Assembly: GCA_963845535.1 (NCBI GenBank)
Contig: CAWJSK010000019.1
Location: 192,001-256,000 of the forward strand
Origin: an uncultured Spirochaetota bacterium
GTDB taxonomy: Bacteria > Spirochaetota > Spirochaetia > SZUA-6 > Fen-1364
Direction: 5' to 3'
Length of the DNA stretch: 64,000 nucleotides
The position numbers and the translations under genes are program-made. Numbering within the stretch: the first letter of the stretch is position 1; each line of letters begins with the position of its first letter. Of this stretch, positions 43,339 through 53,015 are shown one piece after another. The notes below the pieces were generated by a model, which saw only the letters and a program-made list of their open reading frames with translations, had not been told where the DNA came from and did not search any database.

Positions 43339-44115
43339 CTACTCGATCGGTCCCCAAACCTTCCCGTTGATGTCCGCTTCCTCCTGAGACTCCACCCCTT
43401 CCTCGAAGACGGAAAAAGCGAGCAGGAACTCCGACAACCCTTTCTTCGTGGGCTGCCCGCGGGCGGCGAGGATGGCCTGCTCCGAGAGGTCCAGGTCGAA
43501 GCCGTGGAAATACCGGTAGACGATCTGGTACGACAGGGGGACGGAGTAGCCGTAGATGCTCGTATCGTTCAGGTGCTGCGCTATGACGATGTTCGTTGGT
43601 ATGACGGCCGCATACGTGCAGGGCGTCATGGGGATGCCTCCCCGCCAGGGGCTGTACTCCAGGGGAGGGAACTGGACGGAGCGGTTGGTGGAGTACGAGG
43701 TGATGTCCTCATAGTCGAGGAAGAGCACCTGGGAGAAGGGGGACGATCGAAAGAGCTTCTTCAGCTCCGGCAGGCGGAATCCATCGAAGGTCCTCTTCCT
43801 GTCCTGTTTCAGCTTCGTCTCGACGAACGCCGCGCCGTCGAGCACGGTGCCGTCCCGGTGGGCAATCCGGACAAGGAGAGAGACGTCGGCGTTTGTCGTC
43901 TCCCGCTTTCCCCGCTGCCGGTGCGCCGACAGGCGGATGGTATATCCCTGACGGAAGCCGCTCACCTCCGTGTCATCCAGCTCGGATGCAAGGCTTTTCA
44001 GGAGGCCGGCGGTGACGGTTCCCTCCGTCCAGTCCGCCGGATGGCTGCCCGGGACGCGTGCCTTGACGATACGCTCCACTTCGCCGATCAACCGCCAGTA
44101 GCTCAGCTTTTCCAT
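43339..44115 (-). CDS. Hypothetical protein, putative PD-(D/E)XK nuclease fold
   Basis: AGGAGG RBS; motifs WTEGTVT, ETTNADVSLLV, AAFVETK. Confidence 0.6.
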   Translation of the reverse strand: MEKLSYWRLIGEVERIVKARVPGSHPADWTEGTVTAGLLKSLASELDDTEVSGFRQGYTIRLSAHRQRGKRETTNADVSLLVRIAHRDGTVLDGAAFVETKLKQDRKRTFDGFRLPELKKLFRSSPFSQVLFLDYEDITSYSTNRSVQFPPLEYSPWRGGIPMTPCTYAAVIPTNIVIAQHLNDTSIYGYSVPLSYQIVYRYFHGFDLDLSEQAILAARGQPTKKGLSEFLLAFSVFEEGVESQEEADINGKVWGPIE

Positions 44116-44178
44116 GAGACTTCCGCCTCCTGTGCTCAATTCTCGTGATTCTCCTGCCGTTATGCAAATGGGGGGACA

Positions 44179-44775
44179 GTGAAAGAGATTCGCAAGACGG
44201 TAGTCGGCCTGACAGGGCGCTATTGCTCCGGGAAAGGCAGCGCGGCCCGCGTCTTTGCCTCCCTCGGGTTCGCCGTGGTGGACGCTGACGAGCTGAGCCA
44301 CGAGGTGATTGCGGAGAAGGCGGAGGAGGTCATTGCCGCCTTCGGACCCGTGGCGCGGGCCGCGGGCGGAGGGGTGGACAGGCGCGCCTTGGGAAGGGTC
44401 GTTTTCAACGACGCGGCATCACGGACCCGCCTGGAGGGCATCCTGTATCCGGCCATCACCGAGAGGATACTCCGCTTCATCGACAAGACGGAGGGGAGCG
44501 TCGTGATCAACGCGCCACTTCTCCAGCGCGCAGGGCTCCACAGGGTCTGCACTGCCGTGGTGTTCGTGCGGGCTCCTGCGCTGATGCGCCTTGTACGCGC
44601 CATGCGGCGGGACTCCCTTCTTTTGCGCGACGCATGGCCGCGCATCAACGCGCAACGGGACGTGAGCCCTCAATCTATTGGCCCCGGCGTCGATACTTAT
44701 AGTGTGCTGAACTGCGGCAGTGCGCGCTCTCTGGAGCGGCGCGTCGCGCGGCTCGCCCGTCGCCTGAAGGTGTGA
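44179..44775 (+). CDS. coaE: Dephospho-CoA kinase
   Basis: VGLTGRYCSGKG, DADEL, DRRALGRVVF, LEGILYP, NAPLL. Confidence 0.9.
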   Translation: MKEIRKTVVGLTGRYCSGKGSAARVFASLGFAVVDADELSHEVIAEKAEEVIAAFGPVARAAGGGVDRRALGRVVFNDAASRTRLEGILYPAITERILRFIDKTEGSVVINAPLLQRAGLHRVCTAVVFVRAPALMRLVRAMRRDSLLLRDAWPRINAQRDVSPQSIGPGVDTYSVLNCGSARSLERRVARLARRLKV

Positions 44776-44778
44776 GGA

Positions 44779-45571
44779 ATGGAAAAGCAGAGAATCTTTT
44801 GGGTCGTGCTCTCCGTGAGCGTGTTCGTGGTCATCGTCCTCATCGTGGGCGTGTACCTCCTTCGGCAGAAGCCGCTGGCGGCATCCACCCCTCCCGGGGG
44901 CCATCAACCCGATCACGGGTCCGGGTCCGCAGGTCTTCGAGTACTCGCAGCAGAAGCCCCAGGGCCAGGCCGCCCCGGGGACGGAGCCGAAACCCGGAGA
45001 GCAGCAGACAATGCATTTCTATATCGGCGAAGGGGCCGAAAGACCGCAGACGAACATCCCGCAGGCGCCCGGCGCACAACCGCAGACGCCGCCCCTGGCA
45101 CAACCGCAGACGCCGCCCCAGACTCCCGGCACGCAGGGCCAACCGCTCGGGCCAACCACCCAGGTCCAACCGCAGGGGCCCGCTGCCCAGGCCCAGCCCC
45201 ACGCGCCCGCGGTTCATCCCTCGGTCACCTCGCCCCGTCCGCGTATGGCCGCGGTGCCGAAAAGACCCTCCCCCGTGAAGGTCACGGCCAGGCCCAGGGA
45301 GCAGTCGCGCCGATCAGTCGATTACTGGATCCAGACGGGTTCCTATAAGAGCCAGTCCAAGGCCGACGAGCTGATCGCCACCCTGGCCGACAAGGGACTC
45401 TCGGGGAAAGTGTTCTCGTATGACGTCCATGGAGGCACGTACTACAGGGTCAGGATTGGTCCGTACACCAACCAGGGTGAGGCGGACAAGTTTCTCTCCA
45501 TTGTGAAGCAGATCCAGGGGCTCGAAACCAGCTACGTCTCCCAGGTGGGCGGTCTCAGGAATCTCAACTAG
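44779..45571 (+). CDS. Membrane-anchored SPOR domain protein, frameshifted at G run 44896-44900
   Basis: N-terminal TM, Q/P-rich linker, SPOR motifs YWIQTGSY and YRVRIGPY. Removing one G joins the two ORFs. Confidence 0.85.
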
Positions 45572-45595
45572 CCCGAGCGAGCTATTGCGCGCGGG

Positions 45596-45622
45596 GCCGC
45601 ATCGCGCGAAGCGCGATGCGGC
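45596..45622. terminator. Perfect 12-bp hairpin between convergent genes (possible bidirectional terminator)
   Basis: GCCGCATCGCGC-GAA-GCGCGATGCGGC; no strong U tract. Confidence 0.55.
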
Positions 45623-45624
45623 TC

Positions 45625-46809
45625 TTAGCCTCTCGACTCGGCGCGCTGGCCCGGTCCGTGAGCGGCGGGTGTCGGTCCGTGATCTGCCGTGACGGGCGCT
45701 CCCAGCACTTTCTCATACACCGCTTCGTATTGCGGGACAATGGTTCGATAATCGAACTCCGCGGCGCGCTTGCGCGCGGCCCGTGAAAAGCGTTTCAGGA
45801 CAGTCACATCCTCCAGCAGTTGCAGGCAGTAGCCCGCCATTGCATCCACGTCTCCCACGGGAGCAAGGAAGCCGGTGGAGCCATGGGCCACGACTTCCGG
45901 CAGGCCGCCTACGTCGCTTGCGACAACGGGGACCCCGCTCGCCATGGCTTCCAGCGCAACCAGGCCGAAGCTCTCCGTCTCACTGGGGAGGAGAAGGACG
46001 TCCGCGGCGCCCAGGAGCGGGGCCACGTCTTCCACCACCCCGACGTAGCGCACGGCATTCGTCAGGCCCAGGGACTCCACAAGCTCCCGGGTCCTTCCGT
46101 ATTCCGGCCCGTCTCCGACGAGCACGAGCCGGGCGTCCATCTTTTCCCGCACGCGGGCGAAAATGCGCACGACATCCCCGAGCCTCTTGAGGGGCCGGAA
46201 ATTGGAGATGTGCATGAGCGTGACCTGACGCGCCGAGGATTTCTCAGGGATGCACGCCACCGAATGCGCGTGGTGGCGCGGCGGGTCGACGAAGTTGTAG
46301 ACAACGTCGATCTCTTTTTCGATGGCGAACGCGCGATAGGTCTCCTCCCTCAGGAATGAGGAGACCGCCGTCACGGCGTCTGACTGCTCGATGGAGAACT
46401 CGGTGACCGGCTTGAAGGACGGGCTGGCGCCGACCAGCGTGATGTCCGTGCCATGAAGCGTCGTGACCACCTTCAGGTTGAGCTCCGGCGCGATCTGCCG
46501 GGCAAGGATGGCGGCCGCCGCGAAGGGGATTGCGTAATGGACGTGCATGATCTGCAGCTTGTGCGTGCGCGCCACTTCCACCATTTTTGCCGTGAGCGTG
46601 AGGCTGTGCGGAAACTGCTTCAGGAGGGGATGACTGTCCTGGTCCACCTCATGGTAGCACACGCGGGGGGGCAGCTCGCGAAGCCGCAGCGGGTTGGCGT
46701 AGCTGATGAAGGCCACCGAGTGGCCCCGTTCGGCAAGATGCTTGCCCAGCTCCGTGGCCACGACGCCGCTTCCCCCGGCCGTCGGGTAGCAGCAGATGCC
46801 GATCCGCAT
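45625..46809 (-). CDS. bshA: N-acetyl-alpha-D-glucosaminyl L-malate synthase (GT4)
   Basis: [62 protein letters not shown]. Confidence 0.9.
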   Translation of the reverse strand: MRIGICCYPTAGGSGVVATELGKHLAERGHSVAFISYANPLRLRELPPRVCYHEVDQDSHPLLKQFPHSLTLTAKMVEVARTHKLQIMHVHYAIPFAAAAILARQIAPELNLKVVTTLHGTDITLVGASPSFKPVTEFSIEQSDAVTAVSSFLREETYRAFAIEKEIDVVYNFVDPPRHHAHSVACIPEKSSARQVTLMHISNFRPLKRLGDVVRIFARVREKMDARLVLVGDGPEYGRTRELVESLGLTNAVRYVGVVEDVAPLLGAADVLLLPSETESFGLVALEAMASGVPVVASDVGGLPEVVAHGSTGFLAPVGDVDAMAGYCLQLLEDVTVLKRFSRAARKRAAEFDYRTIVPQYEAVYEKVLGAPVTADHGPTPAAHGPGQRAESRG

Positions 46810-46811
46810 GA

Positions 46812-47750
46812 TTATCGCCCTTCCCTGCGCACGCCCCCGGAAGCGGCGGAGCGCGCCCTCTGCGTCGGGGTGTGGTAGATCTTGCTCTCCGGTGGGACGC
46901 TTTCCGTCAGCCACACGTTTCCGCCGATGGTCGAGCCGCGCCCGATCACCGTGTTGCCGCCCAGGATGGTTGCCCCCGCGTAGATTGTCACGTCGTCCTC
47001 TATTGTGGGATGCCGCTTACGGTTGGCCAGCTCCTTCTTGATGCTGAGGGCGCCGAGGGTGACGCCCTGGTAGAGCTTGACATTGTTCCCAATCACCGTG
47101 GTCTCACCGATGACGACCCCGGTCCCATGGTCGATGAAAAAGGAGTCCCCGATGGCCGCGCCGGGGTGGATGTCGATCCCCGTCTTGCCGTGGATGTATT
47201 CGCTCATCATACGGGGGATCATGGCAACCTCCCGGAGCCACAGCTCGTGGGCAATGCGATGAACCATGATGGCTTCAACGCCGGGGTAGGAGAGGATCAC
47301 TTCTTCCTGGGACCGGGCCGCCGGGTCCCCGCGGTCCGCCGCTTCCACGTCGAGGCTCAGCTTCTGCCTCACGGCGGGCACGAGGTCCAGGAGGTCCTGG
47401 ACGATCTCCCGCGCCTCTCCCGTGCAGTCTTCATGCCTGCCGCAATCGCTTCTGATCCTGCAGGTATAGCGCAGGCTTTTCTCCACCTCCGCACCCAGGG
47501 CCCGGGTCAGCCAGACCACCTTGTCCCCGACGGCGTAGCGCAGCCCGGCGAGGTCCAGTTTCTCTTCGGCGCGGAACCCGGGGAAGATCAGCGCTTCCAG
47601 CGTCTCCACGATCCTTGTGATGCTCTGCTGGGAGGGCAGGTTCGGCCCCTCCAGGTGGTTGATCCCGCCCAGCTCGCGATACGAATCGAGGATCCTGTCC
47701 ACAAGGGCTTCCGTAAAGTCCTCACAGGCTCCGCGTTTCAACTCACTCAT
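46812..47750 (-). CDS. cysE: Serine O-acetyltransferase
   Basis: GDPAA, EVILSYPG, GIDIHPGA, FIDHGTGVVIGET, YQGVTLG, RHPT. Confidence 0.93.
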   Translation of the reverse strand: MSELKRGACEDFTEALVDRILDSYRELGGINHLEGPNLPSQQSITRIVETLEALIFPGFRAEEKLDLAGLRYAVGDKVVWLTRALGAEVEKSLRYTCRIRSDCGRHEDCTGEAREIVQDLLDLVPAVRQKLSLDVEAADRGDPAARSQEEVILSYPGVEAIMVHRIAHELWLREVAMIPRMMSEYIHGKTGIDIHPGAAIGDSFFIDHGTGVVIGETTVIGNNVKLYQGVTLGALSIKKELANRKRHPTIEDDVTIYAGATILGGNTVIGRGSTIGGNVWLTESVPPESKIYHTPTQRARSAASGGVRREGR

Positions 47751-47815
47751 CCCGTCAAAAGTGATCCGGCCTCCGCCGTTTGTCAAGGTGCGCTCTTTTG
47801 CATACACTCCTGGCC

Positions 47816-48262
47816 ATGGCGCCAGCAGTCCCCCTGGCCATGAGCCTGCTCACTGCGGTGGGCGTTCAGCTCGCGTGCCAGGCGTTCAAAGTGGTCCTGT
47901 ACTCCCTTCGCGAACGGCGGCTGGCGTTCTCCTGGTTCTTTTCCGCCGGCGGCATCCCAAGCGCCCACTCCGCCTTTGTAACGGCGCTCTCGGTTTCCGT
48001 CGGTCTCAGGAGCGGGTTCGGCTCCGACGTCTTTGCCGTGGCCTGCGTTTTTTCCATCATCATCATCTACGACTCCTTTCGGCTTCGCGGCGCGGTCGAG
48101 CGCCACGCAAAAGCCCTGAACAGACTGTCACGAGCCAACGGGAACCTGAATCTGGGGTCGTTCAACGAGAACATCGGCCACACGCTGATCGAGATCGGGA
48201 CGGGAATCCTGACAGGGGGAGGGTTGGCCGCCGTGGTGTTTTTTCTGATTCACGCCGCGTAG
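47816..48262 (+). CDS. Divergent PAP2 family (DUF212) protein
   Basis: GGIPSAHSAFV, IIYDSFRLR, IGHT. Confidence 0.85.
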   Translation: MAPAVPLAMSLLTAVGVQLACQAFKVVLYSLRERRLAFSWFFSAGGIPSAHSAFVTALSVSVGLRSGFGSDVFAVACVFSIIIIYDSFRLRGAVERHAKALNRLSRANGNLNLGSFNENIGHTLIEIGTGILTGGGLAAVVFFLIHAA

Positions 48263-48283
48263 AAAGTGAGAAGGAGGGAGAGA

Positions 48284-49312
48284 ATGGCAAAGTACGTCGC
48301 GTTCGGTGAGATCATGCTTCGTCTGAAGCCCCCAGGGGCGCAACGGCTTTTCCAGAGCCCCCTCCTGGAAGCGACGTTCGGGGGCGGAGAGGCCAACGTG
48401 GCCGTTGCCCTCGCCGGATTCGGCTGCCACGCCGCTTTCGTCTCGGTCATCCCGCCCAACGTCATTGGAGAGGCTTGCCTGGGGGAGCTGCGCCGCCATA
48501 ACGTGGATACCTCGCTCGCCGTCCGCAAAGGGAACCGCCTGGGCGTCTACTTCCTCGAGCCGGGGGCCAACCAGCGGCCGTCCGTGGTCATCTACGACAG
48601 GGCTGGCTCGAGCCTGGCGGAGGCCCGGCGCGGTGACATCGACTGGGACAAGACTTTCACCGGGGCCACGTGGTTCCATATCACGGGGATCACCCCGGCA
48701 ATCTCTCACTCCGCGGCGGAGCTCTCACGGGAGGCTGTCCAACGCGCCCGTGAAAAGGGGCTGACCGTTTCTTGTGATCTGAACTACCGTAAGAACCTGT
48801 GGAAATACGGCAAGGGCGCCCCCGAAATCATGGGAGACTTGATGAAGTCCGTCGATGTAGCGATGGCGAATGAGGAAGACTGCCAGAACGCCTTGGGCAT
48901 CAGCGCACAGGCGGACGTCGAGTCAGGGAAGCTTGACGCTGCCGCCTACCAGGTCCTTGCCCGCAAGGTGCTCGCCGCTTACCCGAACCTCACCCACGCC
49001 GCCATCACGCTTCGGGAGAGCAAGTCCGCGGACCATAACGGGTGGTCGGCGATCCTTGCCACGCGGAAGGAGCTCTTCGTCTCGCGCCGGTACGAGATCA
49101 CCGATATCGTGGACAGGGTCGGGACCGGAGACGCGTTTGCCGCGGGCCTCATCTATGGTTTGGGCAACCTCCCGTCCGCGCAGGAAGCGCTCGAGTTCGC
49201 CGTGGCGGCCTCCTGTCTGAAGCATTCCATCCCGGGGGACCTCCCCCTCCTCTCAGTCGCGGAAGTCAGGGCGCTCATGGAAGGGTCCGGAAGCGGCCGC
49301 GTGCAAAGATAG
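48284..49312 (+). CDS. kdgK: PfkB family sugar kinase (2-keto-3-deoxygluconate kinase-like)
   Basis: [43 protein letters not shown]. Confidence 0.88.
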   Translation: MAKYVAFGEIMLRLKPPGAQRLFQSPLLEATFGGGEANVAVALAGFGCHAAFVSVIPPNVIGEACLGELRRHNVDTSLAVRKGNRLGVYFLEPGANQRPSVVIYDRAGSSLAEARRGDIDWDKTFTGATWFHITGITPAISHSAAELSREAVQRAREKGLTVSCDLNYRKNLWKYGKGAPEIMGDLMKSVDVAMANEEDCQNALGISAQADVESGKLDAAAYQVLARKVLAAYPNLTHAAITLRESKSADHNGWSAILATRKELFVSRRYEITDIVDRVGTGDAFAAGLIYGLGNLPSAQEALEFAVAASCLKHSIPGDLPLLSVAEVRALMEGSGSGRVQR

Positions 49313-49328
49313 GAAGGATGGGCTCGGA

Positions 49329-50465
49329 GTGATCTTCGCTCGCCGTCGGCGCCGCGCCGGACCGCGGATTGCGCTCTGCCTCCTGGCGACCGCCGTGCTC
49401 GTTCCCGGCGCGGCCGCTGATCCGCGGATGCCACGCCCGCTCCGAGGACTTCCGGAGCCAACCCTTCGCCTGGCATTCGTCGGTGATATCATGACGCATC
49501 CCGACCTTTCCCGCATGGCAGACTACGGAGAGATCTACCAGGCCGTGGCGGAGGTGTTCCAGGCGAGCGACCTGGCTTTTGCCAATCTTGAGTTCCCCGT
49601 CGACTCGACGCGCCCGGCATCAGGGTATCCGCTGTTCAACGCCAACCGGGAATACGTTCGGGCAGCCCTTGATGCCGGCATCGACGTCCTGTCCACGGCC
49701 AACAACCACGCGTTCGACGGCCGGGAGGAGGGGGTTTTTCAAACCGTCCGCGCGCTTGTGTCTCTGGAGGGCGTCGCGGGCCGCCGGCTCTTTTTCTCGG
49801 GGGTCAGGGGCAATCCTCGTCGGGCTTTCACTCCCCTGTTGATCGTCAGAAAGGGAGTGCGAATCGGTTTCATTGCCGTCACGCAGTTCCTCAATCAATG
49901 GGGCGGAGGCCGCTACGTCGACGTGGTGGACTATGAAAACGAGGAGGATGCCCGTCGGTTCGAGCAGCTTGTCAAGGACACGAGCCCGTTCTACGACGTA
50001 TTCGTGATTTCCTATCATGGGGACCGGGAGTACGCGCAGAAGCCCGCGGCTGCCAAGCGGGCCTTTTTCCGCCGTCTGGCGGAGAGCGGCGCCACCATCG
50101 TCTGGGGCCACCATCCTCACGTGCTCCAGCGCTACGAACTGGTGAGCGTGCGCGGCACGCAGCGGCTCATCATGTACTCCCTGGGGAACTTCATCTCGGG
50201 AATGGCTCACAGCCAGCCCCCGGACCCTGACGGGCTGGATGCCCTTGTCGGAGACTCGATCATTCTGCGGGCGGACATCACCGTGAGCGCGGGCGGCGCT
50301 TCGGTGACGGCTCTGCAGCCGATCCCCGTGGGGGATTACCGAAAGGATACGGGCGGGGTGGTGGTTCTGAAGCTCGATAATCTTGCGGATGGGGTTGCGC
50401 CCGTCTGGAAGTCCTATTTCGAAGAGCGGCGGGTTCGCATCATGGGATTTCTCGACGCCCGGTGA
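49329..50465 (+). CDS. CapA family metallophosphoesterase-like protein
   Basis: VGDIM, NLEFP, ANNHAFD, YHG..EY, GHHPHV, YSLGNF. Confidence 0.9.
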   Translation: MIFARRRRRAGPRIALCLLATAVLVPGAAADPRMPRPLRGLPEPTLRLAFVGDIMTHPDLSRMADYGEIYQAVAEVFQASDLAFANLEFPVDSTRPASGYPLFNANREYVRAALDAGIDVLSTANNHAFDGREEGVFQTVRALVSLEGVAGRRLFFSGVRGNPRRAFTPLLIVRKGVRIGFIAVTQFLNQWGGGRYVDVVDYENEEDARRFEQLVKDTSPFYDVFVISYHGDREYAQKPAAAKRAFFRRLAESGATIVWGHHPHVLQRYELVSVRGTQRLIMYSLGNFISGMAHSQPPDPDGLDALVGDSIILRADITVSAGGASVTALQPIPVGDYRKDTGGVVVLKLDNLADGVAPVWKSYFEERRVRIMGFLDAR

Positions 50466-50488
50466 GCGGGCTCGCCGGCGCCAATGAG

Positions 50489-51088
50489 CTACTTGTTCTT
50501 CGCCACCCGGGTCTGTTCGGAAATGGTTTCCTCACCCTGGGAAAGCCAGTCCTCCACGGCCATGGCCTTTGCCTTGGCCGCCGCGAACGCGCCTGTATCC
50601 AGGTCCTTGCGGGCGTCATCAAGCGCAAGCCTGGCCTGGTCTGCCACCAGGGCAAGCGGGGTGATTGCATCCATCCTGATGCCGCGGACTCTCTTGGCGG
50701 TCCACACCTTTGCCTCGAAGTCAGGGATCTCCGCGCCGATTTTTTCTATGAGAGCCGCGGCGTCCTTCGCGACCTGCTGCTTGCTGCTTTGCGCGTCCGC
50801 CTCCGCCTCCTGGGCGGCGGCGGCGGTCTCCTGCGCAAGCCGTTTGACGTCGTCATAGCTGCGGGAAACAGGGGACCTCTTTTCCTGCGCCGAAAGCTCG
50901 GCGTTGAGCGCGTCCATTTTCTGCTGGGCGGCGCGAAGCGAATCCGGCGCGTAGGTCAGGATGTCAATGGTGTCCGCTGCTGTCTGCACGGCGGCGCGCG
51001 CCGCGTCGATGGCGGCCTGGGGAGGCTTGGCGCAGGTGACAAGGCCGAGTGCCGCTGCCATGATGAGGATGACGCGCAGATGCTTCAT
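50489..51088 (-). CDS. Helical lipoprotein (DUF4398-like)
   Basis: Lipobox LVTC-AKPP, YAP motif, Ala-rich helices. Confidence 0.7.
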   Translation of the reverse strand: MKHLRVILIMAAALGLVTCAKPPQAAIDAARAAVQTAADTIDILTYAPDSLRAAQQKMDALNAELSAQEKRSPVSRSYDDVKRLAQETAAAAQEAEADAQSSKQQVAKDAAALIEKIGAEIPDFEAKVWTAKRVRGIRMDAITPLALVADQARLALDDARKDLDTGAFAAAKAKAMAVEDWLSQGEETISEQTRVAKNK

Positions 51089-51221
51089 TGCGGCGGATTT
51101 CCTTTCAGGACACAGAACTGTTGCAGCATCGAGTTTCCACGTAGGGAAGCCGATTTTCCCGCCCCTGTCAAGTGTCATGGACTTTCGGTATACTCCCCGG
51201 CGCCGTAAGGAGAGAGAGGGA

Positions 51222-52046
51222 ATGAACAGACCGGTGTCAACGCTCGCGTTTGCCCTGTTCGTCGTTGTGTCCGCCGTGACTGCGCACGCCCAGTTCATGC
51301 CGAAGAAGATCTGGACCCTGACCGTCGTCGTCAATGTGCCCGGGGCTGTCATATATGTGGATAACCAGCAACTCCCCGGCAACCAGACCCAAGTGACAGG
51401 AGGCGGGCACAACGTCAAAGTGATGGCGGACGGGTATCTCGCTTTCAACGGGCCCGTCATGGTGAGCGGCAACCAGACGTTTTCCGTCAACCTGCAGCCC
51501 GCGCCCCCCACGCCGCTCGCGCAGCCCGTCCAGCCTGCCGGATTCCCTCTGGCCGTCAATGTCAACGTGCAATCGGCCTCCGTGTTCATTGACGGAGTGC
51601 AAGTCCAGGGGGTTCCGTACGTGGCTCCCGGCCCGCACTCCGTCCAGGTTTCCGCGTACGGCTACCAGGACTATTCCGCCCAGGTGAACGTCATGAGCCC
51701 GCTCACGCTGAACGTCGTCTTGAATCCGCTCGTCATCAACGCTCCCTTGCAGCCGGTCATCCAGCCGTCGACGCTCAGCTTCGTCATTCCGCGGCACTAT
51801 CTTGACCCCGACATGCATCGGGATGATCCGCGGTCCGCCGTACGGATATTCATCGACGGCAGGCTCGTGAACCCGCGAAGCGAAATGGAGCGCATCCCCG
51901 TGCAGCCCGGGCGGCACAGGATCCGGGTGGCTTCCGGCGCATTCAGCGTCGAGCTTGGGGACGTCGAGATCAGGCCCGGGACCAGCTACATCCTCGAGCT
52001 GGGAATGGACGTGAAGGTTCGGGCCATGAAGGCCGGCACATACTAG
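51222..52046 (+). CDS. Exported PEGA domain protein
   Basis: Signal peptide; three NVPGAVIYVD / VFIDG...PG.H.V.V...GY repeats. Confidence 0.8.
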   Translation: MNRPVSTLAFALFVVVSAVTAHAQFMPKKIWTLTVVVNVPGAVIYVDNQQLPGNQTQVTGGGHNVKVMADGYLAFNGPVMVSGNQTFSVNLQPAPPTPLAQPVQPAGFPLAVNVNVQSASVFIDGVQVQGVPYVAPGPHSVQVSAYGYQDYSAQVNVMSPLTLNVVLNPLVINAPLQPVIQPSTLSFVIPRHYLDPDMHRDDPRSAVRIFIDGRLVNPRSEMERIPVQPGRHRIRVASGAFSVELGDVEIRPGTSYILELGMDVKVRAMKAGTY

Positions 52047-52079
52047 ACACCCAACCACTGCTCAAGAGGAGAAACACGC

Positions 52080-53015
52080 ATGCGTCGATCCATGGTGCTC
52101 GTACTGATGTTCCTTCTCCCCGCCGCCGTCCTCCTGGCGGATTTCAACGACGTAGTCACCCAGGCTGACGACCTCCACGATCAGGGCAAGTTCGCCGATG
52201 CCAAGGCGTTGCTTCTGGACGCCGTGGCGCAATCCCAGGACGGCAAGGAACAGGCCGAGCTGTACTGGCGAATCTCACGGGAGAACATCGAGCTCGGGGA
52301 CCTGGCGGACAAGGGGAAGAAACCGCAGGATCAAGTCCTGGCTATTTTCGAGGAAGGCGAGGGATATGCGGACAAGGCTATTGCCGCTGATCCTGGCAAC
52401 GACCTGGGCTATTTCTGGAAATCCGCGAACATTGGTCGATGGGGGCAGGTCAAAGGGATGTTCAACGCCCTGGGCAAGGCAACCGACATCAGGGACCTCC
52501 TCTTCAAGGTCCTGTCCCTCAACCCGGATCGCTCTGATGCGTATTTCGTCCTGGGCCAGCTCTACCGCGAGCTGCCCGGCTGGCCCATTTCTTTCGGAAA
52601 CACCGATTGGGCCGTCTCCCTCGGCCGCAAGGCCGTGGATCTGAACCTGGCGGAAGTGGCGGCCGGGAAAGAGAAGAACAACAGCTTCGACTTCTCCACG
52701 GAGCTCGCGAAAACGCTGCACAACCGGGGTTGGTCCGCGGACAACCGGCGCTCGGAGCAGAAACAAAAGGCTGAAAAGCTCGCGGTCGCCAAGACAGCGT
52801 TCGAAAAGGGCTGCTCCTACGAGGGCGCGGTGGAGCTGAAAGACATGTCAGACGCGCAGGAAGCCAGGGAGATCATTCAAGAGGTGATTTCCTCCATGGA
52901 GCAGCTCCCCAGCCCCACGGCAGGCCAGGTGAAGGATTTGCGGAAGGCGAAGGGCATGCTCAAGAGCTGGCAGGGGGACGCGGCGGTTTCCGCGCCCGTG
53001 CATCCCCGTCAATAA
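52080..53015 (+). CDS. Exported TPR-like protein
   Basis: Signal peptide, LYWRISR, GYFWKSANIGRWG, AYFVLGQLY..LPGWP; GAGGAG RBS. Confidence 0.75.
   Translation: MRRSMVLVLMFLLPAAVLLADFNDVVTQADDLHDQGKFADAKALLLDAVAQSQDGKEQAELYWRISRENIELGDLADKGKKPQDQVLAIFEEGEGYADKAIAADPGNDLGYFWKSANIGRWGQVKGMFNALGKATDIRDLLFKVLSLNPDRSDAYFVLGQLYRELPGWPISFGNTDWAVSLGRKAVDLNLAEVAAGKEKNNSFDFSTELAKTLHNRGWSADNRRSEQKQKAEKLAVAKTAFEKGCSYEGAVELKDMSDAQEAREIIQEVISSMEQLPSPTAGQVKDLRKAKGMLKSWQGDAAVSAPVHPRQ

Noticed and set aside
52960..53015. 56-bp convergent overlap of the TPR gene and dinB (also glgP/MCP and Zn-ribbon/prs)
   Set aside because: Short tail-to-tail overlaps of non-conserved C-termini are common in GC-rich genomes.
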